Origin: Antedon mediterranea
Lineage: Eukaryota; Animalia; Echinodermata
Assembly (NCBI RefSeq): GCF_964355755.1
Contig: NC_092673.1
Coordinates: 30,811,648 to 30,875,647 of the forward strand
DNA length: 64,000 nucleotides
Direction of reading: 5' to 3'
Part shown: positions 13,685-27,684 of the stretch, piece after piece
How the letters are laid out: each line of letters starts with the position of its first letter
Position numbering within the stretch: position 1 is the stretch's first letter
Notes under the pieces: model-generated
Seen by the model: only the letters and a program-made list of their open reading frames with translations
What the model was told of the DNA's origin: nothing
Databases searched by the model: none
Made by a program: the position numbers and the translations under genes

Positions 13685-16600
13685 GTCTCAGTACCCAATT
13701 TTATTTTTGTAGGCAAATTGGTAGTCTTTTTCCTACCCATTATATCATTTAGGATTGTCCACGTTTATTTAATATCTTGTTTATTTTGTTCAAACTGGAC
13801 CATATAATATTGTTTTTTCCGATTTCTAATAGTAGTGGTTAACTTGTTTCTAAAATGTATGTACGTGCTTTTATTAGTAGTGGTGTTATTTTGTTTGTAC
13901 TTTTTATATAATTTATGTTTTTGAGAGATAGCGTTGGCAATTTCAACTGTGATCCAAGGAGATTTCAACTTGTTCGCCTTATTTCTAATTCGTTTTAAAG
14001 GGAAACAATTATCAATTGCTTTATTTAAAGTGTTTGTAAAATTTTTATAAGCAACATTCGCATTATTTGAGGATAGCACATCATTCCACTGATTGCTTTG
14101 TAATTCTTGCAAAAAAATACTCCGTTTGTTGAGGAGAGTAATGTGGTTTATATACAAATCGAGAATATTGCTTATTATGTTTTTCCAAAGTATATACACA
14201 GAATATTAGGAAGTGATCAGAAATATCAATAATAAGTATTCCACTTTTAAGGGTCGTAGTAAAAGAATCGATGTTGCAATAAATTTATCAATTATTGAAG
14301 TACAATTATCGGATATTATAGTGGAACTTTTTATGATTGGCTGAAATGACTGAGAAAATATTGTGTCTAAGTGTGATTGGATAGTGTTGTCGGTAGATTG
14401 TTGGAGTAAGTTTATGTTATAGTCTCCCACAAGGTAGGCTTTCTTTTTTTCTAGATTAATCATTTGCATTACACCTGTTAATTCATCATCAAACTTTTGC
14501 AAGGAACGTGATGGTGGTCTATAAACTATACCACAAATAACATTATTTCCTGATTCTAACTCAATCTCAATAAAAATAGTCTCTGCTTCAGTCATACAAG
14601 ATGACAGATCATTTCTATTAATATATGTTAGTTTGTTGGTAACATAGAACGCTACCCCACCACCTCTCTTATCCTTCTTATCATTGTGAATCAAACTGTA
14701 GCCTGGTAACTGGTATAGATTAATATTATCTTTTTTCGGTTAACCAGGTTTCACTGAAGGCAATGAAGGAGAAGGCATGTACGAGTGAGTCTAAATAGTT
14801 TGAGATTAAGTCAAACTTATTAACAATACTACGACAGTTTAGTCCAAATATAGACAATTTTGATGATAAATTAGAATGTTCAAGTGAAGAAATTAAGTTA
14901 TCTTCGTTAAAATATTCCGTGCTCACATTTACATTATCAAAAAGGTCACATTCAAACATTTAAATTAGACAGAAAAGGAAATGACAAATAAATAAAACTG
15001 AGCAAGCTGCTTACAGCAGAGAATGGTTTCTGAACCAAATACGGTGATTTTAGGACAATTGAGTTAACACTATATAGCCTAAGTTAACAACAACAATGTA
15101 CAATAAATTACAATATATACAATGTAATATGAATTGTTTTATCATGACATACCAACAACAACTAAACGACAGGCAGTGAAACAATAATGATGATCATGGA
15201 CGCCAATTAAGTATTTGGTTAACTTAAACGATTTTGATCAATCTAACTCATCGATGTCCAGAATGTATTATTATGGCAAGTTATCGTTAGTCACTGGTAT
15301 GTCAAAGCATCACCGGCGGTAGACAGCTACGTTGAAACGGTCTAGATCATGATGTCTCAATAACGGCGCTCACTTATTAATCACATCAGCCACTTAATGT
15401 TGTTATTATTTGTCATTATACATCACTAGTAAAGTACGGATAGTATAACTTAAATACATTTAGTTGTGTTGTGTTTCATTAAAATGATGTGTTTAACGTT
15501 TACGAGTTTGATCAACCCAGTAACTCATCGATGAATTACCGGTAAACAACTACGTTGAAACTTACATCATCAACAGCCACTTAATTGTTGTTGGTATTTC
15601 TCATCATGTAACACTATTGTCGCACACCTGCCGTGGGTCACCTGATTAAAGCATGAATGGACAGAGATATCCAGAACATAACAGCCAGGTGCGCGACATA
15701 AACAATCAAACTTCGTTTATTTACAATTTATAACGGTAGAAATACTACTATCTACAATCACATAATTAGTCTACGTTCTACAAGACAATGATAGACTGCG
15801 GTAATGTAGGTATGAAATATAATTCATAAACATTAATTAATTGTGTTTAATTGAACATTAATTAATTTGGCTTAATGACTTAATTATAGTTATTTTAGTG
15901 GCTTGTATGGCTTACCGTCGATAAACAGTTGTCCATTTCTGAATACGGGCTTACGTTTTTTGGCATATGCCTGCGCCATAATTATAGATAATTCTCTCTT
16001 TTTCTTCATGTCCGCATCAGGTAAATCTTCAGTAATAAATACGTTTTGTGATTTACTTTTTAATTTTACTTTTCCTAGTTTTAGGACTTTGTTTCTTTGT
16101 GGACGGTACAGAAATTTAGCTATTAGGCCTTATATGCCTCGGTTTGTTATCTAAACGGCGTTTCCCGGTGCGATGGCAATTTTCAATTTCGATGTCCTCG
16201 AGTCCAAGTTCTTCGCGTAGTACTTTTTGTAAAAAGTCCTGGGTGTTTTCTGTAGCATTTTCTATAACTCCTCCAAACCTTAGATTAAAACTCCTACTGT
16301 ATCTTTCTTGTTTTAGGATTAAATTTTCCATGTCCGCCATTTTTTCCTGATAAGCCGCCATTTTGTTTTCATACTCCTCCATTTTCTTGATTTCATTTCC
16401 AATTTTTTTTATTTCATCCTTCGTTTTGTTAGTTGAATCGTGCGCATATTCCACAATTTTTTCTAGATCTTTGACAGTTGTTTCCAGTTTGGTAAGCCTT
16501 TTGTTGTAGTTTTTTTTTGTTTTCTAGGACTTTATCTAGTTTACCATTAAGTTGTTCTGATAGCCTACCTAGTTGATCGGCAAGCGTTTGAGTTTCCCCC

Positions 16601-16857
16601 TCTCGATCGCCGGAGGCTTCGATTGGATCATCTGCTTCTGGACTTTCGGAAGGTCTAGCTTTTCTTGTTAAGTCAATTGATTTAGTATTTGCCCTAGTAG
16701 GCCTATTAGTCGCCATCATGCAGTCTTCTTTTAGTTAGGGTATACAACTTTTTAAAAAAATAGTAGAGTTTGTTGGCTATATATTACCTTTAGTCTGAAT
16801 TTAAGATCTTTTTCCCCTGCGTGTAAAAGTTAGGTGTTGTCTCTACTCGCGCATGCT
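13685..16857 (-). mobile_element. Second copy of the same LINE in opposite orientation, 5' end and ORF1 start present, 3'-truncated
   Basis: 13685-16427 is the reverse complement of 9992-12687 with scattered substitutions and indels. ORF1 starts MMATNRPTRANTK at 16719. Frameshifts in both ORFs. Confidence 0.95.
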
Positions 16858-18520
16858 CAGTTGTCGCTGATCTAAATAGAACTCAGTCTTATCATCATCA
16901 TTAAGGTACATTTTTCAAGCAGGTCAATTGATAATTGTGTCATTGCAGGTTTAAACGATAGATAAATCATAAATGAGTATCTTCAACAAAGGAGAACTTA
17001 TGGTCATTTTTAACAATTTGTAAGCATCAGTTACATTATTATTTTGAAGTATTCTGACTGCGTCGTCTCAATCCGCAGTCAGACTGAATAACTCCTTCAT
17101 TGACAATGCTAACAAAAATGAAATAACATATTGATATAGAAACTGATAATAATATTGGTAGTTGAATGGCCAATATACTAGGACGATAACGACCGATAAT
17201 ATGTAGTATAGATAATACTGAATTTGTCAACAGAAAACAAAGAAATCGATAAAGTTTTCATCCTAGAATTATAGGATAATTATGCTGTCTTCTTTGATGA
17301 AAACAATGTTAATAAAGTCCAATCGGATGACGTTATGATTGGTAAAATAATATCGAAACGATACAACGATTTTGTTGTTTTTTGTTGTTGTTGTTTTTTT
17401 TTTTTGATTGAATTTTAAAATACTAGGCCTACCTTCATCAAAGATCATCATGAATGTACTAGCATCTTAACACTTGTGAGACTGGTGGCCCGTATATACT
17501 AAATACAATCTTTCATTGGAGAGAACGGAAATTATTGTTCTTGGATGAAAGCTTTTCTAATTTCTTTTATTTTCTCTAAGAAAAATGTATTTTTATTTAT
17601 ATATCGTCGTTCTTTGTTGTCCGTAGTATAAAGGGGCCTCTCATGACTGTTTTATAATGTTTGTAATGTAATAATTATCATACATAACAGGGAGGTATCA
17701 CAAAACGTTGCTGTTGGTTTTGAAAAAATAAAATAAAACAAAAACAAATTAAAAAAGTGTATTTCTGTGCACTCTTAAGTACAGGAAAAGAAACCAATAA
17801 CGTTTCAATTCGAGCACATCTTTCTGTCTCTTACTTTTATTATTTACTGATGGACTATGATTTTACTTCATGTTTATCAACGTCAAGATTATTTCCTTCT
17901 ATGAAATCAGCTAAGTTAATAGTTTCCGTGATCACTCTCAAGTGGTTTTGTGATATAATTTGTTTTTCTGATCCTATCGGCCATATACATAATATAATGG
18001 AATAACCTAAACTTCAATCAATATATGTTGTATACACTGACGTACGTTTTCTTGGAGAGGATACGTCGCCATTTTTGAGTGTATCATTATTATTCATTTA
18101 TATTAGGTAATGTATATTATTACTTTTTCCAATATTTCTTTCTGCATATATGTAAAAAGTAGGCCTCGTTATGTATTTTAAGACCGTTGTCGATGTAGTA
18201 TTTAGATGATCTACCGGTACCCAACAAACACGAATCCGTAAGAGAGTAATGTTGATGTCGTGAGATTACTATAAGTAATGCTTATACAGTTGTACCCATG
18301 CGCCTAGTACAGCAAGTGTTTGTCTCTAAAATTCTCAACTCTTATTACGCCTAAAAGGCGGCCTACAAATACAAAATAAGCAAATCGGAGGTCTCTCTTT
18401 CTCTTTTTTTTTGATTATCATCATCCTCCATTTAGTTTAAAAATATAATTCATATTATATTTTAAAATAAACAAACTAAAACAATTGTTTTGTTATAGCC
18501 TACCTAGACAATAAGACAAG

Positions 18521-19903
18521 ATGGCAGAATCTAAACTTTACGAATTCAGAAACTTGAAATTCTATGACGGTGAAAGGTACTTTTGGTTACGATTATGTTT
18601 ATTCGATCTCTTAAGTGTGGGTGATGTTACAAATCCAGATTCTAATGGAAACGATTTATTTAATGCTCTTGAAGACAGAGGTTTAATCACACCGACCAAT
18701 GTTAACATTCTTTTAGAGATAGCGAAGCTAACAGAAATGAATGATGCTTTTAACCTTGTGAAAGGATACATAAATGACAACAGAGTTCCGAATACAGATG
18801 AACCAAAGTTGTCCTCTTTCCGGATACAACTTTTCAAAGCTATGAGACAAGTTCACCCAGATACATTGAGAGATGTTATCGCTTACTACGGACTAAGACA
18901 TTATAACTTAAAGAATATTTGGGACGTGGTTCTGAAACTGGAGATCGACGTAATTCTAGAAGATGAACCAGATAAAATAGAAAGATTTGCAAACTGTCTA
19001 GGACCAGCTGTCAAACGAATCCTTCTTGTTACGGGTATGTATAAGAAATTAAGCTAGTCTACTTATAAAAGGAATATTATTCAAAACTATCTATTTGTTT
19101 TGTAATTGAAGAATTACAAACTGACAAAACTATTATTCTGAATCATTTAGTTAGCAGTAACTGTTTACTTTTTAATTATAGGCAATACTGTAAATAACGA
19201 GAATAGGGGCGTATCATCGAGTAACCAATGCGAACCAGGTAAAGGTAAAATTTGAATTATTTTTAATAGAAGAACAAAAGTAGAAAAACAAAAGAATGTG
19301 TTGAAATGATAACTGAAAATGTTTCTAATAGTTTTTCGGTGCCTTTGATAATGATTTCAATAAAACTGTTTGTGTTTTCTTCAATGCGTAGGTACAGATC
19401 TCTCGGAAGATGATTTTAGACAGTTAATTGCGGATTTTGTGCAGTGGTATGATGAACGTGGTCTTCTTACCAAGCTAAAAGTTTTATGCATATATATTTT
19501 AGGCGACATTCAAGCATTGAATAGGGTTACCAGTACATTCGAACTGTTAGATCTTTTAACCAAGCCTGGGCATTTAAGCCGAACAAATTTTTCTATCCTG
19601 TATGATACTTTAAAAGTAACTAACCAACTTGGCTTTGAATCACCTGTCACAAAAAAGCTTCCGCTTTTCAAAGATATCAAGAACCGTGATCCGGTATCGT
19701 TTTCACCACACACAATCAAGATTTTTAATCTGGGAAAGGATCTTAGTGATTCAGATGTAAAAACTCTTGATGGACGATACAACTTCCCTGTCCTTAAGAA
19801 GTATGCAGACAGCTGGAGTTTGATTTTGGATTTTGAACCGAGAGGGCTGCTGAGTGAAGACAAACTCGAAGAAGTTAAGGGGGTGTTAAAATGGTCTAGA
19901 TAA
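18521..19903 (+). CDS. 4xDED-only protein, copy B (exons 18521-19034, 19182-19244, 19392-19903; 362 aa)
   Basis: Same phase-1 splice sites as copy A (G|gtatgt, ttatag|, G|gtaaaa, gcgtag|); spliced 1089 nt is open; clear paralog of A. Possible 5'UTR intron 18107-18498. Confidence 0.8.
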
Positions 19904-19940
19904 GGAAAAAAGATTTTAATTTTTATAGTATGTAGGCCTA

Positions 19941-20110
19941 TGATGCAGATATAAAAACTCTTGATAGGCGCAACAAACTTTTATGCCCTTAAGGAATATA
20001 CAAACAGACCAGGAAGTATAGCTCCCTGGTCAACAGATGGAGTTTGATTTTCGGTGTTAGGCGACGTTCAATAAATGAGGAAAGGAATTGACTTCTTCAA
20101 GGTGTGTTTG
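19941..20110 (+). pseudogene. Scrambled fragments of the DED3/4 exon just downstream of copy B
   Basis: gatgcagatataaaaactcttgatagg ~ DSDVKTLDGR; tggagtttgatttt ~ WSLI; ttaggcgacgttcaa ~ LGDIQ. Confidence 0.55.
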
Positions 20111-20672
20111 TCATACTTACCTTTATAATGTTAAAGAGCTTAAAACAATGAAATGTAATAAACAACAACAATGATATACAGTATAATAATTATAGGATGG
20201 CTAAAATGGAACTTTAGTCATCTGCACAGAAATCGTCTTTAACTGCAGGAACAGGTCTATATTCTTTAACTAGATTCTGAAAGGTGTATTGGTAATATCT
20301 TGCAGTTTATTTTTCATCTATTATATTTACTCAAAATGTTAGGCCTAAGCTTTCTGCAGTAGAAATTGTATTTCTCATTAGTGACAATCCTATATTTTAA
20401 ACATAATCGACAAGTATAAATGTCCTATTTGATTTGTAAACGGAAGAGTTTCAAATAAATGTTATTAAACCATTGTTGTTGTTTAGACTATCTTATTACA
20501 GAAAAGGCAAAATACTAGAAAGATTCTGGATTTACAAGAATGAAAACGTGTGTGTAAAATTAACGGTTATTTCAGTCCATCATCGGTTTTGAAAGACGTG
20601 TTGGTGCAATGGGGGCCTCTAAAAAACGTTGTTATTTGGTATTTGTTATTCAAAAGAAAAGGTGTACTCAAA

Positions 20673-21033
20673 TTATGAAAACAAGATATGCACTGGCATA
20701 ACACGGATGAATGCTTATGTTATTGTACAAACAAGTTTAAAGTATTTACATTGTTGCTTCAGGGTAATCAATAGTTTTTGACACAAAAGCTTTGTATTTC
20801 GAATGTACAGGTGTACAGCAAGATTGCTGACTTTAAAAGTGAAGTTTAGCAAAACTCATAATAATTGAGGGTATAGTGGAAGTGAATTGCTACACTTTTC
20901 TCCGAGTATCTTAGAGCATACTTTCCGGCTTGGGTCAATTATTGTTACTTTTGTATAGGGAGCCAATCATATTAAAGTTTAAAGTGTATTGATAGTTAGA
21001 TGTCACGTGATAATCCTCACTTATCGATGCATT
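20673..21033 (+). repeat. Direct repeat of 40028-40410 (downstream flank of the duplicated gene unit or a dispersed repeat)
   Basis: aagatatgcactggcataacacgg...tatttacattgttgcttcagg...tgtacaggtgtacagcaagattg...gtcacgtgataatcctc.cttatcgatgcattt shared. Confidence 0.85.
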
Positions 21034-21139
21034 TCTATGTATTCTGTGTATTATTCGAAGTGACGTTTTATTGGAGAGGTGTTGGGTGTTTATTCAAATA
21101 AATACCATCATAATTGGTATAATTATTACATTATTTAGT

Positions 21140-24100
21140 TTAAACATCTTTTGAAACTAACTTCCGCGACACAGTGGGTCGTTTCTGCCTAAGAACAATG
21201 CTGGAAATGTGGACTAAACAACCATCAAGCTTACGAATGCTACTATCAAGAACAGTTAACATGTAAATCATGTGGTCAATATGGTCATAAAGCAAGATAT
21301 TGTGGTAATGTACATAATTATAATCATTATTATTACGAACGAAATAATTGACCAAAGAGTCTAAGAAGTACATTAAAGCCACAGTCCGAAAAAGAGACTA
21401 ACAATACTACTGAATGTTCCCAGGCCATAGATGATGTATTAATTAATGATAACCACTCATATGTAATAAATAATAGGAATAATACAATAACAGATATAAA
21501 CCAAATAGTAAAAAAAGATCCTCATATATTTGAGGAACTTAATCAAAAGGGATTTATATTTGCACATTTAAATATACGTAGCCTAGACTTACATTTTGAT
21601 GAATTGCAACGTATTCTAAACAACAACAATTTCAATGTTTTTGGCTTAAGCGAAACATTTCTAGATAATACATTTATTGATGAAGATTTTCATGTTGACA
21701 ATTATATATTACACAGACTAGATAGACGTAAAACTAAAAAAGGTGGAGGTGTAGCACTCTATATAAACCTAAAAACCAACCACAAAATTAGGAATGATCT
21801 AATGTGTAATGAACTCGAACTCCTATCTATTGAAATAGTACGTGATAAATGTAAAAATCTAATTGTTCTATTGTGGTATAGACCTCCAAATACTACAGCA
21901 GTTCTTTTTGAATATTTACAAAATATATTTCAAAAGATTGAACTGGAACACAAAGATATTATGATGATGGGAGATTTAAACTGTGACGTTATGTCTGACA
22001 ATCCACATTGCTACACAAAGAAACTAATTGAATTAAGTGAAAATTTTAATCTAAAACAGATCATTGAAGAACCAACACGTATAGAAAAACATTCCTCTAC
22101 ATTAATAGATGTTATGTATTTCTCAAATATTTCTAAAATATTAAAGTCTGGAGTTATCCACGTCGGCTTAAGTGACCACTCAATGCCATTCGCTATAATA
22201 GGGAAAGGGGCGAAAAATAATAAAGATTCCAATAAAACAAATACAATTATTAAACAGGATCATAATTATAAAATGACACGAAACTTTAAAAAATTTAATG
22301 AAGACAGTTTTTTAAACGATTTATTAATGGTAAATTGGAATGGTATTACCGCCAGTGGCGACGTAAGTCAGAGTGCCAAACTTCTCGAAACTACACTAAC
22401 CAACATTTTAGATAAACATGCTCCTTGGAAAAAACACAGGGTACGTAAAAAAACAGTTCCTTGGCTCTCTGATGATGTAATTGAAAATATGAGAGAAAGA
22501 GATAAACTCAAAAGAGAATGTAAACATTCTAAAAATGAATCACTCTGGAAAAGGTACAGAAAGTATAGAAATATGTGCAATAAATTAATACGTAAAAGTA
22601 AAGCTAATTTTATTCAAGAAAGTATAAAAGAAAATAAAAACGATGAAAACAAAAACATGGGATACCATAAGATATGTTATATCGTCAAAAAAGAAAACTC
22701 AAACTATTCAAACAATTTGCAATGATAATGGCGATGTCCTCTATAAAGCTAAGGACATCGCAAATGAAATTAATACATTTTTCTCAAATATAGGTTCAAA
22801 TCTTGCATCACAAATACATGAGCCGATAAATGATATAAATTATGATGAAATCGATGCTTTCACCGAAAATAATTTTGAATTCGAACACATCACATGTGAA
22901 TTTATATATAAATACTTAAGTAATCTTTCAAAAAACAAAGCCACTGGTCATGATAACTTACCACCGGGCATTCTAAAACTGTCTGCCCCGATTATATCCC
23001 CAACAATTACAAGAATCATAAATCACTCCTTCACAACATGTAAATTCCCAAATACGTGGAAAATAGCAAAGGTCACGCCAATTTTTAAGAATGGTGAAAA
23101 AACTAACCCTAATAATTATCGTCCCATTTCCATCCTACCTATACTTTCAAAAATAATTGAACGAGTCGTTTTTAATCAACTTTATGCTTTTTGGAATAAT
23201 AATAATCTGTTATGTATAAATCAATCAGGTTTTCGACCATCATACTCAACATCTACTGCACTTACAAAAGTGACGGAAGACTGGTATAGTGCAATAGACG
23301 AGGGTAAGCTGGTCGGAATCTGTTTACTAGATTTTAAAAAGGCCTTTGATACGGTAAACCATAACATACTATTAAGCAAATTGAGACTTTATGGTTTAAG
23401 TAAATATGTTTTAAAATGGTTCGAGAGATATCTGTCTGAGCGAAAGCAATTCACAAATGTAAATAATACATTGTCTGACTATACACACATCCAATGTGGA
23501 GTGCCTCAGGGGTCAATCGTGGGCCCACTTGCTTTCCTCTTATATATAAATGACCTATCGAAAGTTGTAAACAAATGTAAAATAAGTATGTATGCTGACG
23601 ATACTATAATTTATTGTTCTTCAAAAAATGAAAATGAAATATACCAAAGTATAAATGAAGAACTTATACAAATCGACGATTGGCTAAAAAATAATAAATT
23701 GAGTCTAAATGTCTCTAAATCCGAGTTCATGTTGATCGGATCGACAAACCGATTGGCAACCACCAAAGAAAAAAATAGATCAGTTAATATAGATAACGAT
23801 GTTGTACCACGCGTTCGATATTGCAAACACCTCGGTATCATAATAGACGAACATTTATCATGGAAAAATCAGATTGAATACATTCGAGGTAAAGCTCTAA
23901 ATGTATTGGGTATGCTTAGACAATGTAGCTATTATTTTCCACAAAACATATTAAAACATATTGCAAACTCTATTGTAATACCTTACTTGAGCTATTGTAA
24001 CATAATTTGGGGAAATAGTAGTCAAACTCTAATGAAAAGAGTTCAAACTATACAAAACAGAACAGCTCGAATCGTGTGTGGTCTAACATGGGACACACCT

Positions 24101-24409
24101 AGTAGTGAGGCACTAAGGCAAATTAATTGGTCACCTTTATTTTATCAAGATAGATATGAATGTTGTATGGTTATATATAAGGTTTTGACAGATAATGCCC
24201 CACCTTACCTAAATAATGTATTTACATTCAATGATATAAATTATAATCTAAGGCACAGTGATACACATCTATTCATCCCAAAGCCAAAAACCGATTTTAA
24301 AAAACGAAGTCTGTCTTATCGTGGAGCAATTATATGGAATAGTCTCAATGTTGATACCCTTCCAAATTCAGTTAAGTTGTTTAAAACGTATCTGAAAAAT
24401 GCATTGTAA
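21140..24409 (+). mobile_element. CR1/L2-group LINE: ORF1 tail with two CCHC knuckles plus near-complete ORF2 (frameshift ~22645)
   Basis: CWKCGLNNHQAYEC and CKSCGQYGHKARYC at ~21198-21303; HLNIRSL, SETFL, YRPP, GDLN, SDH, DFKKAFD, GVPQGS, YADD, FKKRSLSYRGAIIWNSL. Confidence 0.95.
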
Positions 24410-24908
24410 AACATAATGGTATGGTAATCTACGATCTACATCCAACTTTTAAAATGGCTAAATACTATGTAAAATGTGTGTTTTATCACTATTATTTTAA
24501 GGTAAATGAAATCCAAAAGATTTATTATGTATTACAGTTGAATCCCCATGAATTCTACACTTCGATAAGGGTTTCCGTTTACACGGGAAGTACCGGTATG
24601 GTGTACCCTAAATAGAGGTGTCAGATGAAGGGGATTCTGCTGTAATTTTGTTTCTTTTCAATTTCAATTTTTTTCGTGTCTGTTGTATTTATATGGTGTT
24701 GATTTTTTGTTGTTTTGTAATACAGTATCACGAACTTGTGTAAAAACAATCAATATTGATTGAACGAGTTGTACTGCACATCAGTCTCGTGTCTAAATAA
24801 AGTTTATATATAAGAAGGAAGACGATTTAGACGGCTTGCAATATGGACAGAGTATCACTGGTACCAACGGACAAAGGTAGCGCACTGTAATACAGTCCTG
24901 CAAGCTTA

Positions 24909-25098
24909 AGCCTGTTTTCCTGTCGACGTTATTCAAAGCTACCGTTATCAATAATCAGCGATCTTCTACGTAAACATTGAAATGTTAATGATTTACAGGA
25001 AAAGATACTCGCTATCGTTATCATTTCAACTTGATCGTTTTCAAACGATCGTCGTTGAACTGTTAACGATCAACGATGATAGCGTCGTATAACAGGCT
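24909..25098. mobile_element. Harbinger-like MITE
   Basis: Termini agcctgtt / aacaggct flanked by TTA on both sides. Confidence 0.5.
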
Positions 25099-25617
25099 TT
25101 ACACAACAACGCGGCTATCGGGGTTTCACCCGATTTCAAACAGATTCTATCAGTTCTCCCTTTATATACTACATTATTCCCCACAATATACTCCAATGCT
25201 TTATGAATATATTTAATTTGATATTTATTAATTTGCAGTATAATTTTTATTTTGCTAACTACCCTCACACGCGTGGTCTGAAAATTAAAAAAAAAAAAAA
25301 TCGCTATCGACGACACCAACGGCCAACTTAGTTGAAATCAGGAAGTTGCAATGTGATGACTCACGTCAACACGAAACTAACTTTATCGCCGACGCTTAAA
25401 AATCTACCGATGAAACCCAACATTTCGTTTTAAAACCCTCCATGATATCTTCAGAGAAAAGTATGGAACAATATCGTAATAGTGAGAACTAATGTTATCA
25501 AATCTACGTTTCGCAGTACATCTGAGATAGATGAGGTAGGTATCCAAGGCGGAGATTTGTCCCAAATATTTTCCATTGTGCTCCCCTATGTCAGAATTAA
25601 GCATCATTTTATATAGA

Positions 25618-26680
25618 CTAGATAGTAAGCTCGCTTCGCTCGCGTACCATCTAGGTTCTGGAATACACAGTAATTTCAGCGTAAAAAAAATGTTTTTTTA
25701 ATGTACGTAAGGCAGGACTATAATACATTCTCGTTTACAGAAACGAATAAATAGACACGATGATTTATGTAGTCAACTAAAATTAGCATCCTGGGAATTA
25801 CTTCTGAAGGAGGAACTTGTCACCCAACATGAGTCTTTTTTTATTTGAACTCATTTAAACAAACCCAATTTGTGTTCTGTATATAACCTTAGTGTTGGGG
25901 GGTGGGGAAGAGGATGGGTACAAAGAGGGACAACTTTTTAAATATATCCTTTATCCTCTCAGTAACGAAATATGTTTCCATGTTTTATAGGCCTATAAAT
26001 AATATACCACTAAATACAATAAAACATTTGCGATTTAATACTTTGTTTATCTAACAGTAGGGCCTACCCACACTGACAGTAATAAAGTATTTATAGTATT
26101 GTCGAAGTGTTGCAATACTATATCTAAAGAGTTTAAGTTTATCCCTAAGGGCCAATAACTTTACCTACTTAATTATAATATAAAATAAAATAATTATACT
26201 GAGAGAGACTGAGAGATTGGAATTTTTCCACTCATCACCAATCAATACATTAATTTTGTATAAACGTATATTAAATCTATCAAAATAGTATTTTTGTAAG
26301 AAAATCGGCCTGCCTTCAACAAATGATGCTGTTCAACCGGTTTTCAGCTATGAAAAAACAATTATCGTAAAAGGAGATAGGTAAATGTGAAGCACCCTCG
26401 TATTATTGTGTGTGGGTATTTTTCAAGATGGACATCCATTATAGACAGTGTATACCACTCTATCGGAAAACACCCCTATTTGGGGCCGGCAAAACGTTGA
26501 ACCTAAATTCGTTTTAATTGTCAATAACTAATTATCTAACTCAATTTAATTAGTAAACAGAGTTACATCAGGTGGTTTAAATGAGTACCGCAAGTAAAAC
26601 CAACCTTAGGCCTATATATTATCGAGTAAAAATTCTAGAAGTAAGGCGCGATTTACCGAATTTGCCTTTACATTTATATA
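25618..26680 (-). mobile_element. Non-autonomous Helitron (~1.06 kb), 'empty' version of the 31517-36531 element
   Basis: Minus strand ends ctagatggtacgcgagcgaagcgagcttactatCTAG|t. Colinear with 31517-32548 plus 36369-36531. Confidence 0.85.
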
Positions 26681-27684
26681 ATTCAACGCACCAGTACCAG
26701 GAAACTCCCGCACATACCTCCTGTCAGAAGGAGATTGAACCCATTTGTTGCGTAACGGCGTTAATCTGCAATTGGCCTAAATGCCATCAATGAAATTAAT
26801 TATTAATTGCACTTTTCCTCATTTTGAAAACTGAGACCATTTTAGACTTCGATGTTGTATAATTATCAGTCCTGGTGTGGTCTCATGTATGTATTTAGTA
26901 GAATACTAATACTAAATCTTTATTATTTTATTTTGACTACATAACAGCTGTTGACCTTTATTTACTTTATATTATACTTCAAGTTCAATCTATACATTTG
27001 CTTCAAATTACAAATATCAGGTATGAATGATTATACAAATTATTACAGATCTGATTAAACTAGTTTTCTCTTTGATTTTTTATTTTTGTCTGATATGTTA
27101 TGCGGAGACATCTGATGTTTCCATATTCATTATATAGTATCAGCCATTAGTAGTCCTGTGTATTATCAGCGATAAACTAAGTGTTGTATTATACACCAAC
27201 AATAAACATATTGGCATTGTTGGCAACATAATAATATCGGAAAAGATTGCGAGTTTCTGATTGGCCAAGCCAGAATGGAATAATCACGAAAGAATCAATA
27301 TCAACAAAATTATTGTAGGCCAAGATTGCATTGCAGAAATGACGATAATATAGTCGCTATTTTGAGTACACCACATACATAATTCTGCACCAAAAAAAGG
27401 GGTAAAACTTTTTTTTTTCAATTCAGTTTGATATACTATTTAAGACTGTTAGTTACAGCCCTGTATGGAAATGGTAAAGAAAAACAATAGGCAGTTAGTA
27501 GGTAGGCTACCAACAAGGTGACGAGCTTTCACCAGCCACTTGGCTATAAGAATTATTATGTATTACTGAATTACTGTGTAACGGATACAAAATGTATTAT
27601 AGAAGGTGATTATGGTATCTGAAAAACTGTATTATGTCTTTCCTTCCATTGTATGGTTCCCAACTTTCAAACGTTACGTTAGCA

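Noticed and set aside
11414-13807. Intact or domesticated 797-aa RT gene
   Set aside because: Truncated after the YADD region; the last ~40 aa come from the antisense strand of the inverted copy.
2086-19863. Conserved antisense ORFs (2086-2406, 19510-19863, 18562-18837, 10069-10509)
   Set aside because: Shadows of the sense coding sequence with no independent features.
25121-25418. Possible MITE with GGGTTTCA termini
   Set aside because: Short imperfect TIR and no clear TSD; insufficient support.
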